Below are positions 13,601 through 26,583 of a stretch of DNA of 64,000 nt, piece after piece. The stretch is from Antedon mediterranea (taxonomy: Eukaryota; Animalia; Echinodermata). Position 1 is the stretch's first letter, and the number at the start of each line of letters is the position of its first letter. A program made the translations under genes and the position numbers. The notes beneath the pieces were generated by a model. The model did not search any database, had not been told where the DNA came from, and saw only the letters and a list, made by a program, of their open reading frames with translations. Location: NCBI RefSeq assembly GCF_964355755.1, contig NC_092673.1, positions 3,658,001 through 3,722,000 on the forward strand. The letters are read 5' to 3'.

Positions 13601-14359
13601 GCGCGCAATGCATTTTGGGATTTATAGCGGGCCGCTATAATTATTAGAATCGATTTATTTTTCACATTTTTAACCGTTTAAAGACGAAAAAAGTTATTGC
13701 AATAGGACCATATAGTATTATTTTTACATTAAATATAGTTTGTGATCTTAAATTAGATCTAAAAAACGTAGGGAAGGGGGCTTTAAGTTATTACTATCAA
13801 TACATTTTTCTAGAAATTTGGAAAGTTAATAATTAATCATCATACACATTACAGTTCATGTCTACAATAATACTATATTATTATAGGCTAGACCTATTTA
13901 TTCTCCAAAACATTTTAAACAAAAGTTGTTTAAAATTACAATTTAATAGCCATATGATAGATCTGGGTAGGATAGGCTATACATTTAATACTACTAAAGG
14001 CCCAGACCAAAGTAATTATTAAGGGAATGCAAAATAAGTTTATACCGGAAGCAAAAAAGAAAAAATCTAGGCTAGGCCTAAAGTATCAAGTGGGTTCCCA
14101 TCGAACATCAAATCAACCGCACTCACGAGTCACACTCTGAAGGCAACAAAAAGTTCATCGAAGCGATTTGACGGCCTAGCAAAATCATTAAATTCCAAGA
14201 AAGGAACAATTATTAAAACATTTAAACGTTATGAATATAACTTTAAACATATAATTTTCAAGTAAAAACGATCTAAATAAATGAAAACACATTTTTACAT
14301 AGAATTTAAGAGGAAATTAAAATACTGACCTCACGGTTGTTCGCTGCAGCAGCAGCCAT
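7637..14359 (-). CDS. GOLGA7: Golgin subfamily A member 7 / ERF4 (accessory subunit of DHHC palmitoyltransferases), 149 aa
   Basis: Exons 14359-14330 ([10 protein letters not shown]), 12629-12504 (..[28 protein letters not shown]), 11873-11721 ([32 protein letters not shown]), 9151-9050 ([34 protein letters not shown]), 7675-7637 ([12 protein letters not shown]). All junctions phase 0 with GT..AG ends; colinear with the human GOLGA7 sequence as I recall it. Confidence 0.95.
7676..9049 (-). other. U12-type (minor spliceosome) GT-AG intron, last intron of GOLGA7
   Basis: 5' splice site GTATCCTTT (9049-9041); branch-point-like TTCTTTAAC (7698-7690) with the A about 16 nt from the CAG acceptor. 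Confidence 0.9.
11938..12073. mobile_element. MITE family 1 (about 135-155 bp), Harbinger-like
   Basis: TIR AGCTCTGTCTACACTATCAAAC...GTTTGATAGTGTAGACAGA(A/G)CT, TTA on both sides; internal CCCAAATATGGTAGTGAT-like subrepeat. Partial copies near 9330-9435, 11605-11688, 12360-12450, 27001-27146, 29336-29452, 30195-30305, 39600-39797, 45400-45467, 58322-58407. Confidence 0.85.
13285..13782. mobile_element. Non-autonomous TTAA-flanked DNA transposon (Kolobok-like), in GOLGA7 intron 1
   Basis: TTAA|AGACCCCTTCCCT ... AGGGAAGGGGGCT|TTAA: terminal inverted repeat with AG...CT ends and TTAA duplication. Confidence 0.8.
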
Positions 14360-16005
14360 AGCGTAAATATTATTGTTATAACATCCGGGCTCTTTGTGTG
14401 TCGTCCGGATATACGTATGAAACGCTAACAGCGCTGTGAAAACCAGTATTTGTTCATGTTACATTACTTCCCTTTTTATATAATAATAATAAAATCTTTA
14501 TTTTAAAACGGAGGCTCGTTCACAACAAAATGTGTTCTTCCACGAGGCCGTATGAAAGAAATAAAACTACAATATCACAATTATCAAACTGATGAACAAA
14601 CAAGAAAATTATACATAATGCATTTTAATTTAATTGAAAAATCATAAATAATATTCATTTACAAAATCCATTATTATTATTATTATGAATTTTTTTAATT
14701 TGATATATTACAGAAAAACAGAAAAATTAAACATGTTATGCATTTCATTAAATATTCTATATTTGCTAAAAAAAAAACTGCGTACTAAAATATTTCATAT
14801 TAATTAATGCTGTTTGGTATACAAAATTTAGTAAAGTTTTCTTTTTACATGAACGCACTGTGTGTTGCTATTGTGCCACCGATCTATTTTTTTTTATTGT
14901 AAAAATGAAGCAAACTTACTAAATATTTTTTAATTAATAAAATATAAAAGGTGGCGCCCCGTATTACCAACACATTTACTGTGTACACTGTAAATGAGGG
15001 TGTCCTATATACCATCAACAATAAATAAAGACGGGAGGAGTGGTGTTTCCCAATGCAATCCAGGTACGTATTTATTTGACATTTATATCAGGGTCTGGTT
15101 TTATAGGCCCTAGGCCTAGATTTTTTTTAATGTAAAGTGAATTTTATGAATAGTCATCAACATACTTTAGTGTCAGACCAGGGAAGAGTGAAATTACACA
15201 TTTCACTCTTCTCTAATCAGACTAAAAACATGCCCGTAGCTGGCTAGGCATAGGCCTATAATAGATAGGCCAAGCTAGCTAGAGAGAGCCTATTCTAGAA
15301 TCCTAGTATGCCTACTAAGGCCCCTACTAAGTACTATACTAAAAGTAAAACAAGCCACGCCTACTACTAGGGGCCTAGGCTAGAGGCTATGTCTACCTTT
15401 TTAAAGCTAGAACGGTATTAGCCTTCTTTGCCTATATTACTGTTACTAGCATGTAATGCAGGCATTTAGTAATTTAGTAGGGCGGGGGGTGGGGGGTGGG
15501 GGTGGTATGAGGGGATGTTGGTGCAACGCAATCATTCCCAGTGGGCCTTCCTCCACCAACCCGGAGTTGGGCAGCAGAGTTCAGAGCCTAATGAAACAAT
15601 AAATGTTTTAGTGTACTAAGGCTATTATTAATACAATTTCTATAGAAATACTTTTGTGCTGCTGTTTTCGTATACTAAAAATAATAAATATGCTTAACAA
15701 TTTATTATAACAAATGGTATTAATGATAATAAAACAATTATGTGCATCATATACTGTAATACATGTTTGCTATTTTTAGATGAAATTAAACAATCCTCTT
15801 GATTGGTTAATGATTGACGTTAACTATGGATTTCGTCATCCTGTTCTGTAATTGACCTATCAGACTAAGATAAGCCATTGATATAATTGTTATATCTCTA
15901 TACTTAAATATAACCATTGATATAATTGTTGTTATGATATCTCTATACCTATGAAATAATGTTGTAACCTTCCTTTTTCAGTGGTTGAGTGTTGCGCCTT
16001 CAACC

Positions 16006-17082
16006 ATGCCAGGTGTTAGTCTCCGATCCGGTAAAAGCCTTGCTGCTGCTGCTACTGATGAAAATAAAAATGAAGATCAAATGGAAATAACACGCAATAA
16101 AAGCTTACAAGAGCTGAATAGGAAGGTGAGAGAGAAAATAGAAAAGCTGAGCTGGTGGCAATGTTACGGCGTGGATTGGACAGTTATTTGTTTAATATAT
16201 TCTCTCCTGCCAGTAAGCTTATATTTGCTTGCTTCTCCAAACTTTTTGACATACCTACTAGGTATAGCATGCTTTGGTCTTGTTCATGGAGTCAATTCCA
16301 CTCGCTGCGCTCATATGGGAGCCCACAACGGATTGTGCCGTTCGAAAGGATGGAATATATTCTGGCGTTACTTCTTCAGCGAGTTCTGCTCTTTGTTCTC
16401 CGTAGAAGTCGGCATGGATATTCACATCAAAGTTCACCATCCGCACACGAATGTTATTGGTCTTGGTGATTCAAGTTCTTGGCGGGTGCCACAACTTCCA
16501 CGTTATGTTTACATGTTTTTTGCGCCTTTATTTCTGCCATGTCTTTCACCGCTTATTTCCGTAAAAAGGCTCTTCCAGGCTGGGAAAATAAAATCTGCTG
16601 TAAAGTGCGCATTTATCATGTTTAGCGGACTTGCCACATTTATCTACCTCCTTCAAGTTTATTCGGGACTGTCTCTCGGTAAGGCTATTGTAACCTTGTT
16701 TGCATCACGAAGTCTGACAACACCGTCGTACATACACGTCAACATATTTCAGCACATCGGGTTGCCAATGTACTCGCAGAAGAATCGTCCGCCAAGGAGT
16801 ATCTTGATGTCTACCGGTTGTTTGAATCTCAACGGCGTCCCCTTTCTTGATGTCATCTTCGGACATTCCTTAATCAGCTGTCATTTGGAGCATCATCTGT
16901 TTCCTCATCTGTCGGACAACATGTGCAGGATTGTCAAACCTATCGTCCGGGAACACATTCTACAAAATGGTCTGACGTATAATGAAGATACATACTGGAA
17001 TAGACTTAAGCTATTTGTCAAGGAATATGATACCCTTATGGTTAATGCTCCGCCCATAACGCATTACATTGGTATTGCATAA
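16006..17082 (+). CDS. FADS6: Fatty acid desaturase 6-like, 358 aa, single coding exon
   Basis: Three His boxes HMGAH, HIKVHHPHTN and HLEHHLFP; FADS6-type motifs NVIGLGDSSSW and YIHVNIFQHIGLPMYS; no cytochrome b5 domain. ATG at 16006 (CAACCATG) downstream of acceptor TTTTTCAG ending 15981; AATAAA at 17181. Confidence 0.92.
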   Translation: MPGVSLRSGKSLAAAATDENKNEDQMEITRNKSLQELNRKVREKIEKLSWWQCYGVDWTVICLIYSLLPVSLYLLASPNFLTYLLGIACFGLVHGVNSTRCAHMGAHNGLCRSKGWNIFWRYFFSEFCSLFSVEVGMDIHIKVHHPHTNVIGLGDSSSWRVPQLPRYVYMFFAPLFLPCLSPLISVKRLFQAGKIKSAVKCAFIMFSGLATFIYLLQVYSGLSLGKAIVTLFASRSLTTPSYIHVNIFQHIGLPMYSQKNRPPRSILMSTGCLNLNGVPFLDVIFGHSLISCHLEHHLFPHLSDNMCRIVKPIVREHILQNGLTYNEDTYWNRLKLFVKEYDTLMVNAPPITHYIGIA

Positions 17083-17489
17083 TATAACAACATCTTATAC
17101 TGTAGTAATCATCATTTAACAGCCTAACAATGCAATTATCTTTATTTAGCAGTCCTTTTCTCTTTATTGTTTGTTGGCCAAATAAATGAATGAATAAAAT
17201 ATTGATAGTAAGGTAGAGGTACTCACCCTAGTTAGTACAAAATCCTGGGTCCAATCCTAGTCAATGTTCTCATATCAGCCATGATATCGCTGCAGATTTA
17301 ATTTTTTTTTTTAGATTTAGAAAGTTTTTATATTAATTTCAAATTTATATATATCTATTGTTATGATAATTATCAAGGTCAGTGCCTAGAATCCTCGGGT
17401 TTTGAAGCTGAACATGAACTCGCCACTAAGACGAGTGATCAGCTTAAAATTAATTAATTCATACCAATGTTTGCTATTTTACAATCTAG

Positions 17490-17644
17490 AGCTCTGTCTA
17501 CACTATCAAACTGTATGTGACAAAAAAATGTGATGTGCCCATATATGGTAGTGATATGCTTAAATATGGTAGTGATATGACATCGTCATGTTCCTTATAT
17601 GAGCATTTTTTTGTCACATAAAGTTTGATAGTGTAGACAGAGCT
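17490..17644. mobile_element. MITE family 1 copy
   Basis: Complete TIRs AGCTCTGTCTACACTATCAAAC / GTTTGATAGTGTAGACAGAGCT. Confidence 0.85.
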
Positions 17645-19680
17645 TTATAATTTCATAAATTGTGTGGTGCGCTGGTTTATATATGAATCTTTTGTGTGTG
17701 ATTATTATAAATATTATACGATGTGTTTATTGTGTGCAAAATTATTTACATAGGCACATATTTACAATTTGCTGGATTATTGCCAATATAACAAATTATT
17801 AGACACCAAAATTTAATTCATTTTATTAATTCTAATAATAATAATAATATAACAGAAATTGCCGAATGTTATAAAGGCAATGGCAATTCAACATTATGAT
17901 ACCAAAATTATAGAAAAGTGATATTTCAAAGCAAAGAATGACTGAACAGTTATATTATGAATTTAGTGACTGTTTTTACGAATGAATATACTAAATTATT
18001 ATATTTAATTGAACTATGCATTCATGTAATTGCAATATTGTAAGTTATCAATCAAATATATATATATCAATATGATATTAATGTATTAAATTTCTACATC
18101 TTGTGCTTTATATAAACTTTTGTCAAAATATTTTACGTGCACTGTTCGTCGAGTTGGTGGTTTTGTTAACACTGAATTATTAATTGCAATATATATATAT
18201 ATAATTATACTGGTACATTGTGATTGTGATTTTTGGATCAATATTTAAAGTTTACGTGATGTGCGCCCTCTATATACTTTGATATTTTAATTCTCTCGTT
18301 CATTTCAGATAACAGAATAAAAATGTAGCTTTAATGTGAAGACAATGTTTCTCTCTTTGTTCGATGTGTGATAACAGCGTACAAGGTGCATAAATCATTG
18401 CGTAATTTGATTATGTATAAAATTGAAATTATCTCATCTCATAATAATAATAATCTGCATAATTTGAACACAGTAAACCTCAAACTACAGGTTTCTCTAT
18501 ATGTTTTAACTTTCATGTTATAACATATAGAGTTACAACATAATTATGCCCACGCATTGTATACCTGTTGCAATTTTATATTGCACACGAATAATCACAT
18601 TGACAAACTATTTTGACGCGCGCGTTCAAACGCTGGGAATGATGGCGGTACGGCCTTTGTACGTGCGAACATACCTCTTCTGACTATGCTATCTTCTGAC
18701 GTATGTATATTTATAACGGTATGACGCGTAAACGATAAACATGTGTGACTAATTACGCTTGGCGCTATGCCCGAAAAACGTTAGGCCTACTAACTAATGG
18801 CCTTTGACCTGTCGATACTCTTTCCCGCCCGAATGGAGTGACACGGTGATAGCGTGCCAGTGACGTCAACTAAACATTTTGGAGTTCAACATAATTCCCC
18901 CTTTCAATAAAACATCACGTTCTGTACAAGCGCACTTTAGAAACGTTTTTTCCAACAATCATCTGGTTCTTTGTTCGTAATGTCGGAAATCGACCGAATA
19001 CCTTTACTCATCATTCGCTAAGCCTTCTCATAAATTTATATATTTCCAACTTCACTTCTGATTGCGGTCTAATCACACACACAAAAAATAAAACTATCGA
19101 ACATTTATCAGTAAATGTTAGTAATTAGTGAGAAGATGTTGTACGGCAAATAGCTGTGTATGACCTGTGTGAATCCTCGCTAGGGATTGGATAGGATTAG
19201 TTGCCGCTCGTAAATGAAAAAAGTCTGAGTAGATGGGTATTGCGGATGAGTTATCCGATAGTTGTTTTGTTCAATTTTTATGTCACACACAAGTATCACT
19301 TTCCCGTATTTAATTTATCCTCGCTTGGATTTAGTCAGCTATGTAAAGTGCATTTTGATAGATTTTATTCATAATTTATCTCGTGTATGCATATGTAATA
19401 GATGCTATTATGAAAGGAGAATAGTTTACCGTTTTTGCTCATCGTTAAAAATAACGTCAATCCTGGCAGATAGTCTACCAATATAAAGTATATACAATAA
19501 TCTGGTATGGATTTAACACAACGTCAATAAACCCAAATGGTAACTATAATGTGAATTGGAATTAGTTAGAGGTTACTCCATACATTAAAGTAAAGATGTA
19601 ATTCTCAAACCCCCCTCCCCCTCCCCCTCCCCTTCCCCTCCACCAAATGTTTGAAATGAATTTGTTACTCCATACATTAA

Positions 19681-19985
19681 AGATGTATTGTTCCCATGAA
19701 AACATAATGTTTAAAATGTTGAATATGTCATTTTAATGTCATATCATAGTTATCGACTTTAAACAAAAAATGAATCGAAACAAATGTATTTACCTGAAAA
19801 ACTGTAATTTAAAACAAAAAAAGTAAAATTGGCTGCCAGCCAATGGGTTTTTGGTTGAATGTGACCATTTATTTTGTCATTTATATGAGAAAATTTGTTT
19901 CTCTTTTTTTTTTCTACAAAATAACCTATTCAAAGTCTGATTTAATTCATTTTCATTTTTCATGTTTTTGGTGGACAATACATCT
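19681..19985. mobile_element. Kolobok-like MITE (second TTAA family)
   Basis: TTAA|AGATGTATTGTTCCC ... GGACAATACATCT|TGAA; interior similar to 32832-32899 plus 38843-39099 and to 63713-64000. Confidence 0.7.
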
Positions 19986-20796
19986 TGAAATGCTCCTCCG
20001 TGGTGTAATGTATGACATACGCCCTTGTAAACAGTTCGCAAGTTCGATATTATGTTAACGATACTTCCGTTACAAGCTATATGTTCGATACGATATTGCT
20101 AATGTGTCTATGACTTACCGGTAGGCTATTGTAATATGTGACTTAAATTTCAATAAGTTAAAAGGTTCTTGATCATTTCAAGTTCATTGGAACTCGTTTT
20201 TCTATGAAGTTTTGAATCATCAACGAAATATGATATTACGGCCAGAAGGTCAACACGTTTTTCCAATCATTTATAACTATTATTAATAATTAATTTCAAC
20301 TGCAGTTAAGGCCCATTTACATTAGGAGACGATAGCGATCGACGATAAATATAAGCATGCATTTTTTAAACATAAAACAAAAGAATTTAGAAAGGTTTTC
20401 GTTTTAGAACTGCTGTCTTTGATAACAAATATTTTAAAAATTAAAATAACAATTTCCTACATAAAACAAATAAAACATTTAACAAGTTTTCACTATAGAA
20501 CTATACCCATCTATGCTATATATATTTTTACACGTCCCGAATCAAATGACGTCATGATAATAGTAATTAGAGCAATTATATCGTGACGATGCAACGATTT
20601 TATTGTTCGTATTGATAATGACGTCATTTGATTGGATTTAAAAAAAAATATTACTTTTATCAAAGACAGAATAAATGGTCATTCTATAGTTCTATAATAA
20701 AAACGTTTTCAATTTCTTTTGTTGCATTTAAGAAAAATACAATATATATCGTCAATCATTATCGTTGTAGTACAAACAGGCGAAATGTAACTGTAA

Positions 20797-23700
20797 AGCG
20801 TGGTTCCCACTAGAACGCAACGCAGCAATTACGTATTGACGCAAAGTGAAGTATTGCGTAATCACAAGTAGGAACCGCAACGCAACAGTGCTGAAAAAAT
20901 CACAGATTTGATTTCACGCAGGCGGGGGCAAACACAATTATTGGAAGGGCATTTTCTTACGTTGCGTAGGTTGCGTTACGTTGCGTCGCTAGTGGGAACC
21001 AGACTTAAAGCTTTTCTTTTATTTCATGATTCTCGTATACGAGGCCTATCATGTCTAGAGATATAATAAACAGAGCCTGCAGTTTCTTGTCTCCTGACTA
21101 CAACCTTTCTCCAACTATATCATACGGTACACGTTAATATACATAGTTTCGATAACACGTATATACACAGATCCCTACGTGGTTCTCACTAGCGACGCAA
21201 CGCAAGGACGTAACGCAACGCAAGTGAATTGACCAATCACAAGCGATGGCTTATTCGCTTGTGATTGCTAACTGTTTATAACTTCGCTTGTCATTGGTTA
21301 AAACGCTTGCGTTGCGTTTACGTCCTTGCGTTACGTTCTAGTGGGAATCAAGCTTTAACGCTTGCGTTGCGTTTACGTCCTTGCGTTACGTTCTAGTGGG
21401 AACCAAGCTTTAAGCGTGGTTCCCACTAGAACGCAACGCAGCTACGTATTGACGCAAAGCGTTGTATTGCGTAATCACAAGTGGGAACCGACGACGCAAC
21501 AGTGCTGAACAAATAAAAAATCGCAGGTTTGATTTCACGCAGGCGGGGGCACAACAACACAATTATTGGAAAGGCATTTTCTTACGTTGCGTCGGTTGCG
21601 TCGCTAGTGGGAACCAAGCTTTACCGTATTTTTACACGATATTTCAATTTCAACAAACATTTTATTTCATCAAATGGCATACAAATAATACAATGCATAA
21701 AACAGAGGACGAACCTAGAAGTAAATTTGTCTCAGTTGCCATGGTTACAAAAAATAATAAGAACAAGGGAGAATATGAAGCATAATTTTATTTGGTTAAG
21801 AACATTAACTCGGTATCAAATTTATAATATTATGTAATGCTTGTATATATTAATATGACAGTCTGTTAGTGACAACGTATACGATAATGGAATTCAGTGT
21901 CTTCTGGGATTATTCGGTTTATATATTTAATGTATAATAGCGTTTCCCTTGTGAAAGTAAATGAATTGAGTATAAACAAGAGAGATGCGGGTTCTGTTGT
22001 CTTAATCAGATGTTTAATTTACCGAATGATTGCGTAAATACTAACAAAAATGTCACACTTAATTTGAAATTTGCAGTGATGACAAATCCTTTTGATTAAT
22101 CCTGACGCGATATTACACAAAGGACAATATTGAAAAACAATTTACCCGTCCCCGGCCGTCCGTTTGTAGTAAACAGGCCAATGAGCTTTATTTCGAAAAG
22201 ACAAGCTTTATTAAAGCTTGGTTCTCACTAGCGACGCAATGTAACGCAATCTACGCAACGTAAGAAAATGCCCTTCCCATCATTGTATTTGCCCCCGCCT
22301 GCGTGAAATCAAACCTGCGATTTTTGCAGCACCGTTGCGTCGTCGGTTCCCACTTGTGATTACGCAATACAGCAATTTGCGTCAATGTTGCGTTGCATTG
22401 CTAGTGGGAACCACGCTTTAAAAATGTAATCTTGACTATAGACATGTATATCTCGAAATGAATTGATAATTCACTTCGTTACGTGTTAAAGCTTGGTTCC
22501 CACTAGAACGTAACGCAAGGACGTAAACGCAACGCAAGCGTTTTAACCAATGACAAGCGAAGTTATAGACAGTTAGCAATCACAAGCGAATAAGCCATCG
22601 CTTGTGATTGGTCAATTCACTTGCGTTGCGTTACGTCCTTGTGTTGCGTCGCTAGTGGGAACCACGCTTTAAGCTTGGTTCCCACTAGAACGTAACGCAA
22701 GGACGTAAACGCAACTCAAGCGTTTTAAAGCATGGTTCCCACTAGCGACGCAACGCAAGGACGTAACGCAACGCAAGTGAATTGACCAATCACAAGCGAT
22801 GGCTTATTCGCTTGTGATTGCTTACTGTCTATAACTTCGCTTGTCATTGGTCAACGCGCTTGCGTTGCGTTTACTTCCTTGCGTTACGTTCTAGTGGGAA
22901 CCAAGCTTTAGCAATGACAAGCGAAGTTATAAAGCGTGGTTCCCACTAGAACGCAACGCAACGTAACGCAGCGACGTATCGACGCAAAGTGATGTATTTT
23001 GTAATCTCAAGTGGGAACCGACGACGCAGTGCTGTTTGATTTCACGCATGCGGGGGCAAACACAATTATTGGAAGGGAATTCTCTTACGTTGCGTAGATT
23101 GCGTAACGTTGCGTCGCTAGTGGGAACCAGGCATTAGCAATCACAAGCGAATAAGCCATCGCTTGTGATTGGTCAATTTACGTTGCGTTACGTCCTTGTG
23201 TCGCGTCGCTAGGGGGAACCACGCTTTAGAAGAGAAGGTAATTGTAGTTGTATGACACGGCTTGGTATGCCGTGCGTTCTTAAACGTGGTTCCCACTAGA
23301 ACGCAACGCAGCAACGTTCGACGCAAAGTGCTGTATTGCTTACTCACAGCAGGTGGGAACTGACGATGCAATGCAACAGTGCTGGAAACATCACAAGTTT
23401 GATTTCACGCAGGCGGGGGCAAACACAATTATTAGAAGGGTATTTGCCTACGTTGCGTAGATTGCGTTACGTTGCGTCGTTAGTGGGAACCAAGCATTAG
23501 AAGAGAATGTATATCTCATCGTAGTTGTGTACGTCAAGGCTTGGTATGCCGTGCGTTGTTATGCAAATAAGATTGTGCAGGTGTAGTGGGAACTGGTCGA
23601 TGTCTTCAGTGGAAAATGGTTATCTTTGCTCAATTTAGGAACATTATTTTTGTAATGTAAATCTCGCAAATACGAAAAAAATTCGCTATTGAAGTTTGAA

Positions 23701-25383
23701 AAAGTTATCTTAATGGTCGAAATGAACACTCCGGTCTCCTCCAAGATATCATCGCCATGATCTAATCTTGTAAACAATATTCAATCTATAAATCATGCCT
23801 TCATATATTAATCTAACCATAAAGGAATTTCCTCCATTAACCATAGCGTTAGGCGATAGACAGGCAACCAAGCTTAATCGGTAGATCTTAGAGATCAAAC
23901 AAATTATGAAATGAAATAATATTGCAATAAGCCAGGCGCTCCTTCATTAGACATGGAACATTTAGAAATTGATCAGACAATATAATCCTTTATAATTTAT
24001 TTTCATATACAGATGAATTACTTTGTTCAAAGTAGATTTATTTTATAGAACGTCTTCAAATTAATGTCTTAAACTACACTAATCATGCATATCACGTAAT
24101 ACCCAATCGTCCTACCCCTGCGATAGTTATATACAGGTGTATTCTGGAATGTGATTCGCAGAAGAACATCTCGTTTGTTAATGGAAATTGATATAACCGG
24201 ATAAAACATCATTTATGTAGGAAAAACATGCAATTATAAATACTAAAAAAATATACTAAAACAGAAAATCATGCAAATGAACTTTAAAACACAACTTATA
24301 AAAAATGCAGAATGTTTTGAACAAAATCAATACATTATTAATATTGCTATCACTTTAAGTGTTTTCAAATTTAATTATTATAGACATTTCGTTTAAAATC
24401 CATAAATTCGTGCGAAGTCGACATTATAATTTATGCAGAGGAAAACATCGCAGCTTCTAGGTTAAGATGTTAACAGATATGACACTTATTCGCTCGTAAG
24501 TCTCCTCGAAAGATGTCGAAATCACGAGTAAAAATGGCCGTTTAATATCGCTTTACAGCCTCCATAAATTCTGCGTAATGTACATTTAAAGCGTGTTTCC
24601 CACTAGAACGCAACGCAACGACGTATCGACGCAAAGTGCTGTATTGCGTAATCACAAGTGGGAACCGACGACGCAATAGTGCTGCAAACATCGCAGGTTT
24701 GATTTCACGCAGGCGGGGGCAAACACAATGATTGGACGGGCATTTTCTTGCGTTGCGTAGATTGCGTCATGTTGCGTCGCTGGTGAGAACCAAGCTTAAA
24801 TGTTCTATGCGATATTAATGGTTTAAAATCTATTTTGGACGAATTCAAGAACGCTAAAATCGTCAATATCTCCGAATAGTTTATCACAAAACGGATTATC
24901 TACAATTTTAGTACGGTGTATAACTTTGCAATTTTGGGAGAACAAAAATATTCATACAGAACAATGTCTTATTCTAATGAAAGACCAAATTTGAGGATTA
25001 AGACTTTCGAGAACCAATTGCATGCAATAATTTCATGTTCTTAATCAAAATAATCATTACATATTTGCATTTATGCTTGATTTACGGGTTCTATACTGCA
25101 TGTCTTGTATGTCCGGCTTATAAGACAGAAAGTGAAACCTTACCGAGTCCGTATTACTGGCGTAATCCCTCTTATTCAAAGTTAGGCCTATATAAGTTAC
25201 TAACTGCTTACGTTAACCTATCTAATGCTTGGTTCCCACTAGAGACGCAACACAAGGACGAAACGCAACGTAACTGATTTAACCAATCACATGCGGTGGA
25301 TTATGCGAACTGTCGCTTGTCATTGGTCAACACGCTTGCCTTGCGTTTACGTCCTTGCGTTACGTCCTAGTGGGAACAAAGCT
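20797..25383. mobile_element. Dense cluster of MITE family 2 (about 180-210 bp, two internal subtypes), Harbinger-like
   Basis: About 11-12 copies with TIR AGC(G/T)TGGTTCCCACTAG...CTAGTGGGAACCA(A/C)GCT, e.g. near 20797-21005, 21177-21354, 21413-21620, 22215-22417, 22490-22668, 22672-23225 (nested), 23283-23496, 24590-24796, 25226-25383. Subtype A carries the palindrome CAATCACAAGCGA..TCGCTTGTGATTG; subtype B carries GATTTCACGCAGGCGGGGGC. Confidence 0.9.
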
Positions 25384-26428
25384 TTAAGTATTTATTTGTA
25401 TCGTTAAATAAGAGAGTCCACGTTTGTACTATAATATAGTGTGAATATATGGGCCCGTGGTCTAAAGATAAATAAAGGCAGGCAGCATTGCCTGGAATGA
25501 AATGGAATGAATCGCTGACGTATGTATTTTTGGCAGAAAATAAAGGTCCGGATAAAGAGCGCTCGAGTCTGCCTAAATTCATACAAATAATGCTTAATTT
25601 GTCAACTTGTTTGTTGAGGTGTTGATTTATCTATTCTAGTTCTAGGTAACCTCAGCATCAAACAGGACAGAAAGTAAATCTATTAAATTAAAACAGCTTA
25701 GGAGGAGAGTTAGTGGTTATATCTATCACTGCTGGGATTTTCGTTTCGTCACGTCAGCTTCCTATCGTCCGAAGAAGATCGTATCACACACGTACCTGCT
25801 CACAGGTTGTCACTTACACAATATAGTCCTAATATAGAAACAATAATAATACATTTGTATGTATATATATATAATAATCATCAATATTTAAATAATTTAA
25901 ATGCATGCAAAATACACATCAAATTGGTTCATTTTTGGTACAATTCAACACGGCGATAACAAATTGAAGCGTATAAAGAATTCATTAACAATGTTTAACA
26001 GTAAAGCATCAGGCGATGGTACGTCGGTTATAAACGTATTTAATTTGATCGTTGTCTACAGCTTAGATCTGCGGTCTTGTTAACGATTTTCAAACAATTC
26101 TTAAACATCATGTTTCGCACCATAAACGACCTATTTCTCGCCATACAATAATATTAATCATTAGAAATAGGAAACCATGTCTAGCCAAATTAAACACACC
26201 ATGCATTGTCCTGGTGGTAAAGCATGCTTTTAATTTGCAGATACAAGAATTTGTGCAGGTGTTTTACAAGGAATGTATTTTTGAATGGATGATTTAACAA
26301 AAGTATAATTAATAATGTGCAAGGAATGGATAATTTTACAATTCATGGTAATATTAATTTCGTGTATCCAGAGTAGAGTGACTTTCTCTTAATTGTACCC
26401 GATTACCAGTGCTGTATCTCCACATACC

Positions 26429-26583
26429 ATCTATTTTCGAAGTATCATAGGAATATTTGGTAATACAGCATCACATTTATATCACATTTGATGCCTGTAT
26501 CGTAAGGTTAGGTTAAACGTTGCTTACTACTAGAACATGTGAAATACATTACCAAATATTCCTATGATACTTCGGAAATAGAT
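26429..26583. repeat. Inverted repeat / small foldback element
   Basis: 36-nt arm ATCTATTTTCGAAGTATCATAGGAATATTTGGTAAT and its reverse complement (1 mismatch) ending at 26583. Confidence 0.8.

Noticed and set aside
15480-15515. G-tracts as G-quadruplex regulators (also 28506-28770 and 62527-62550)
   Set aside because: Sequence potential only; no evidence of function.
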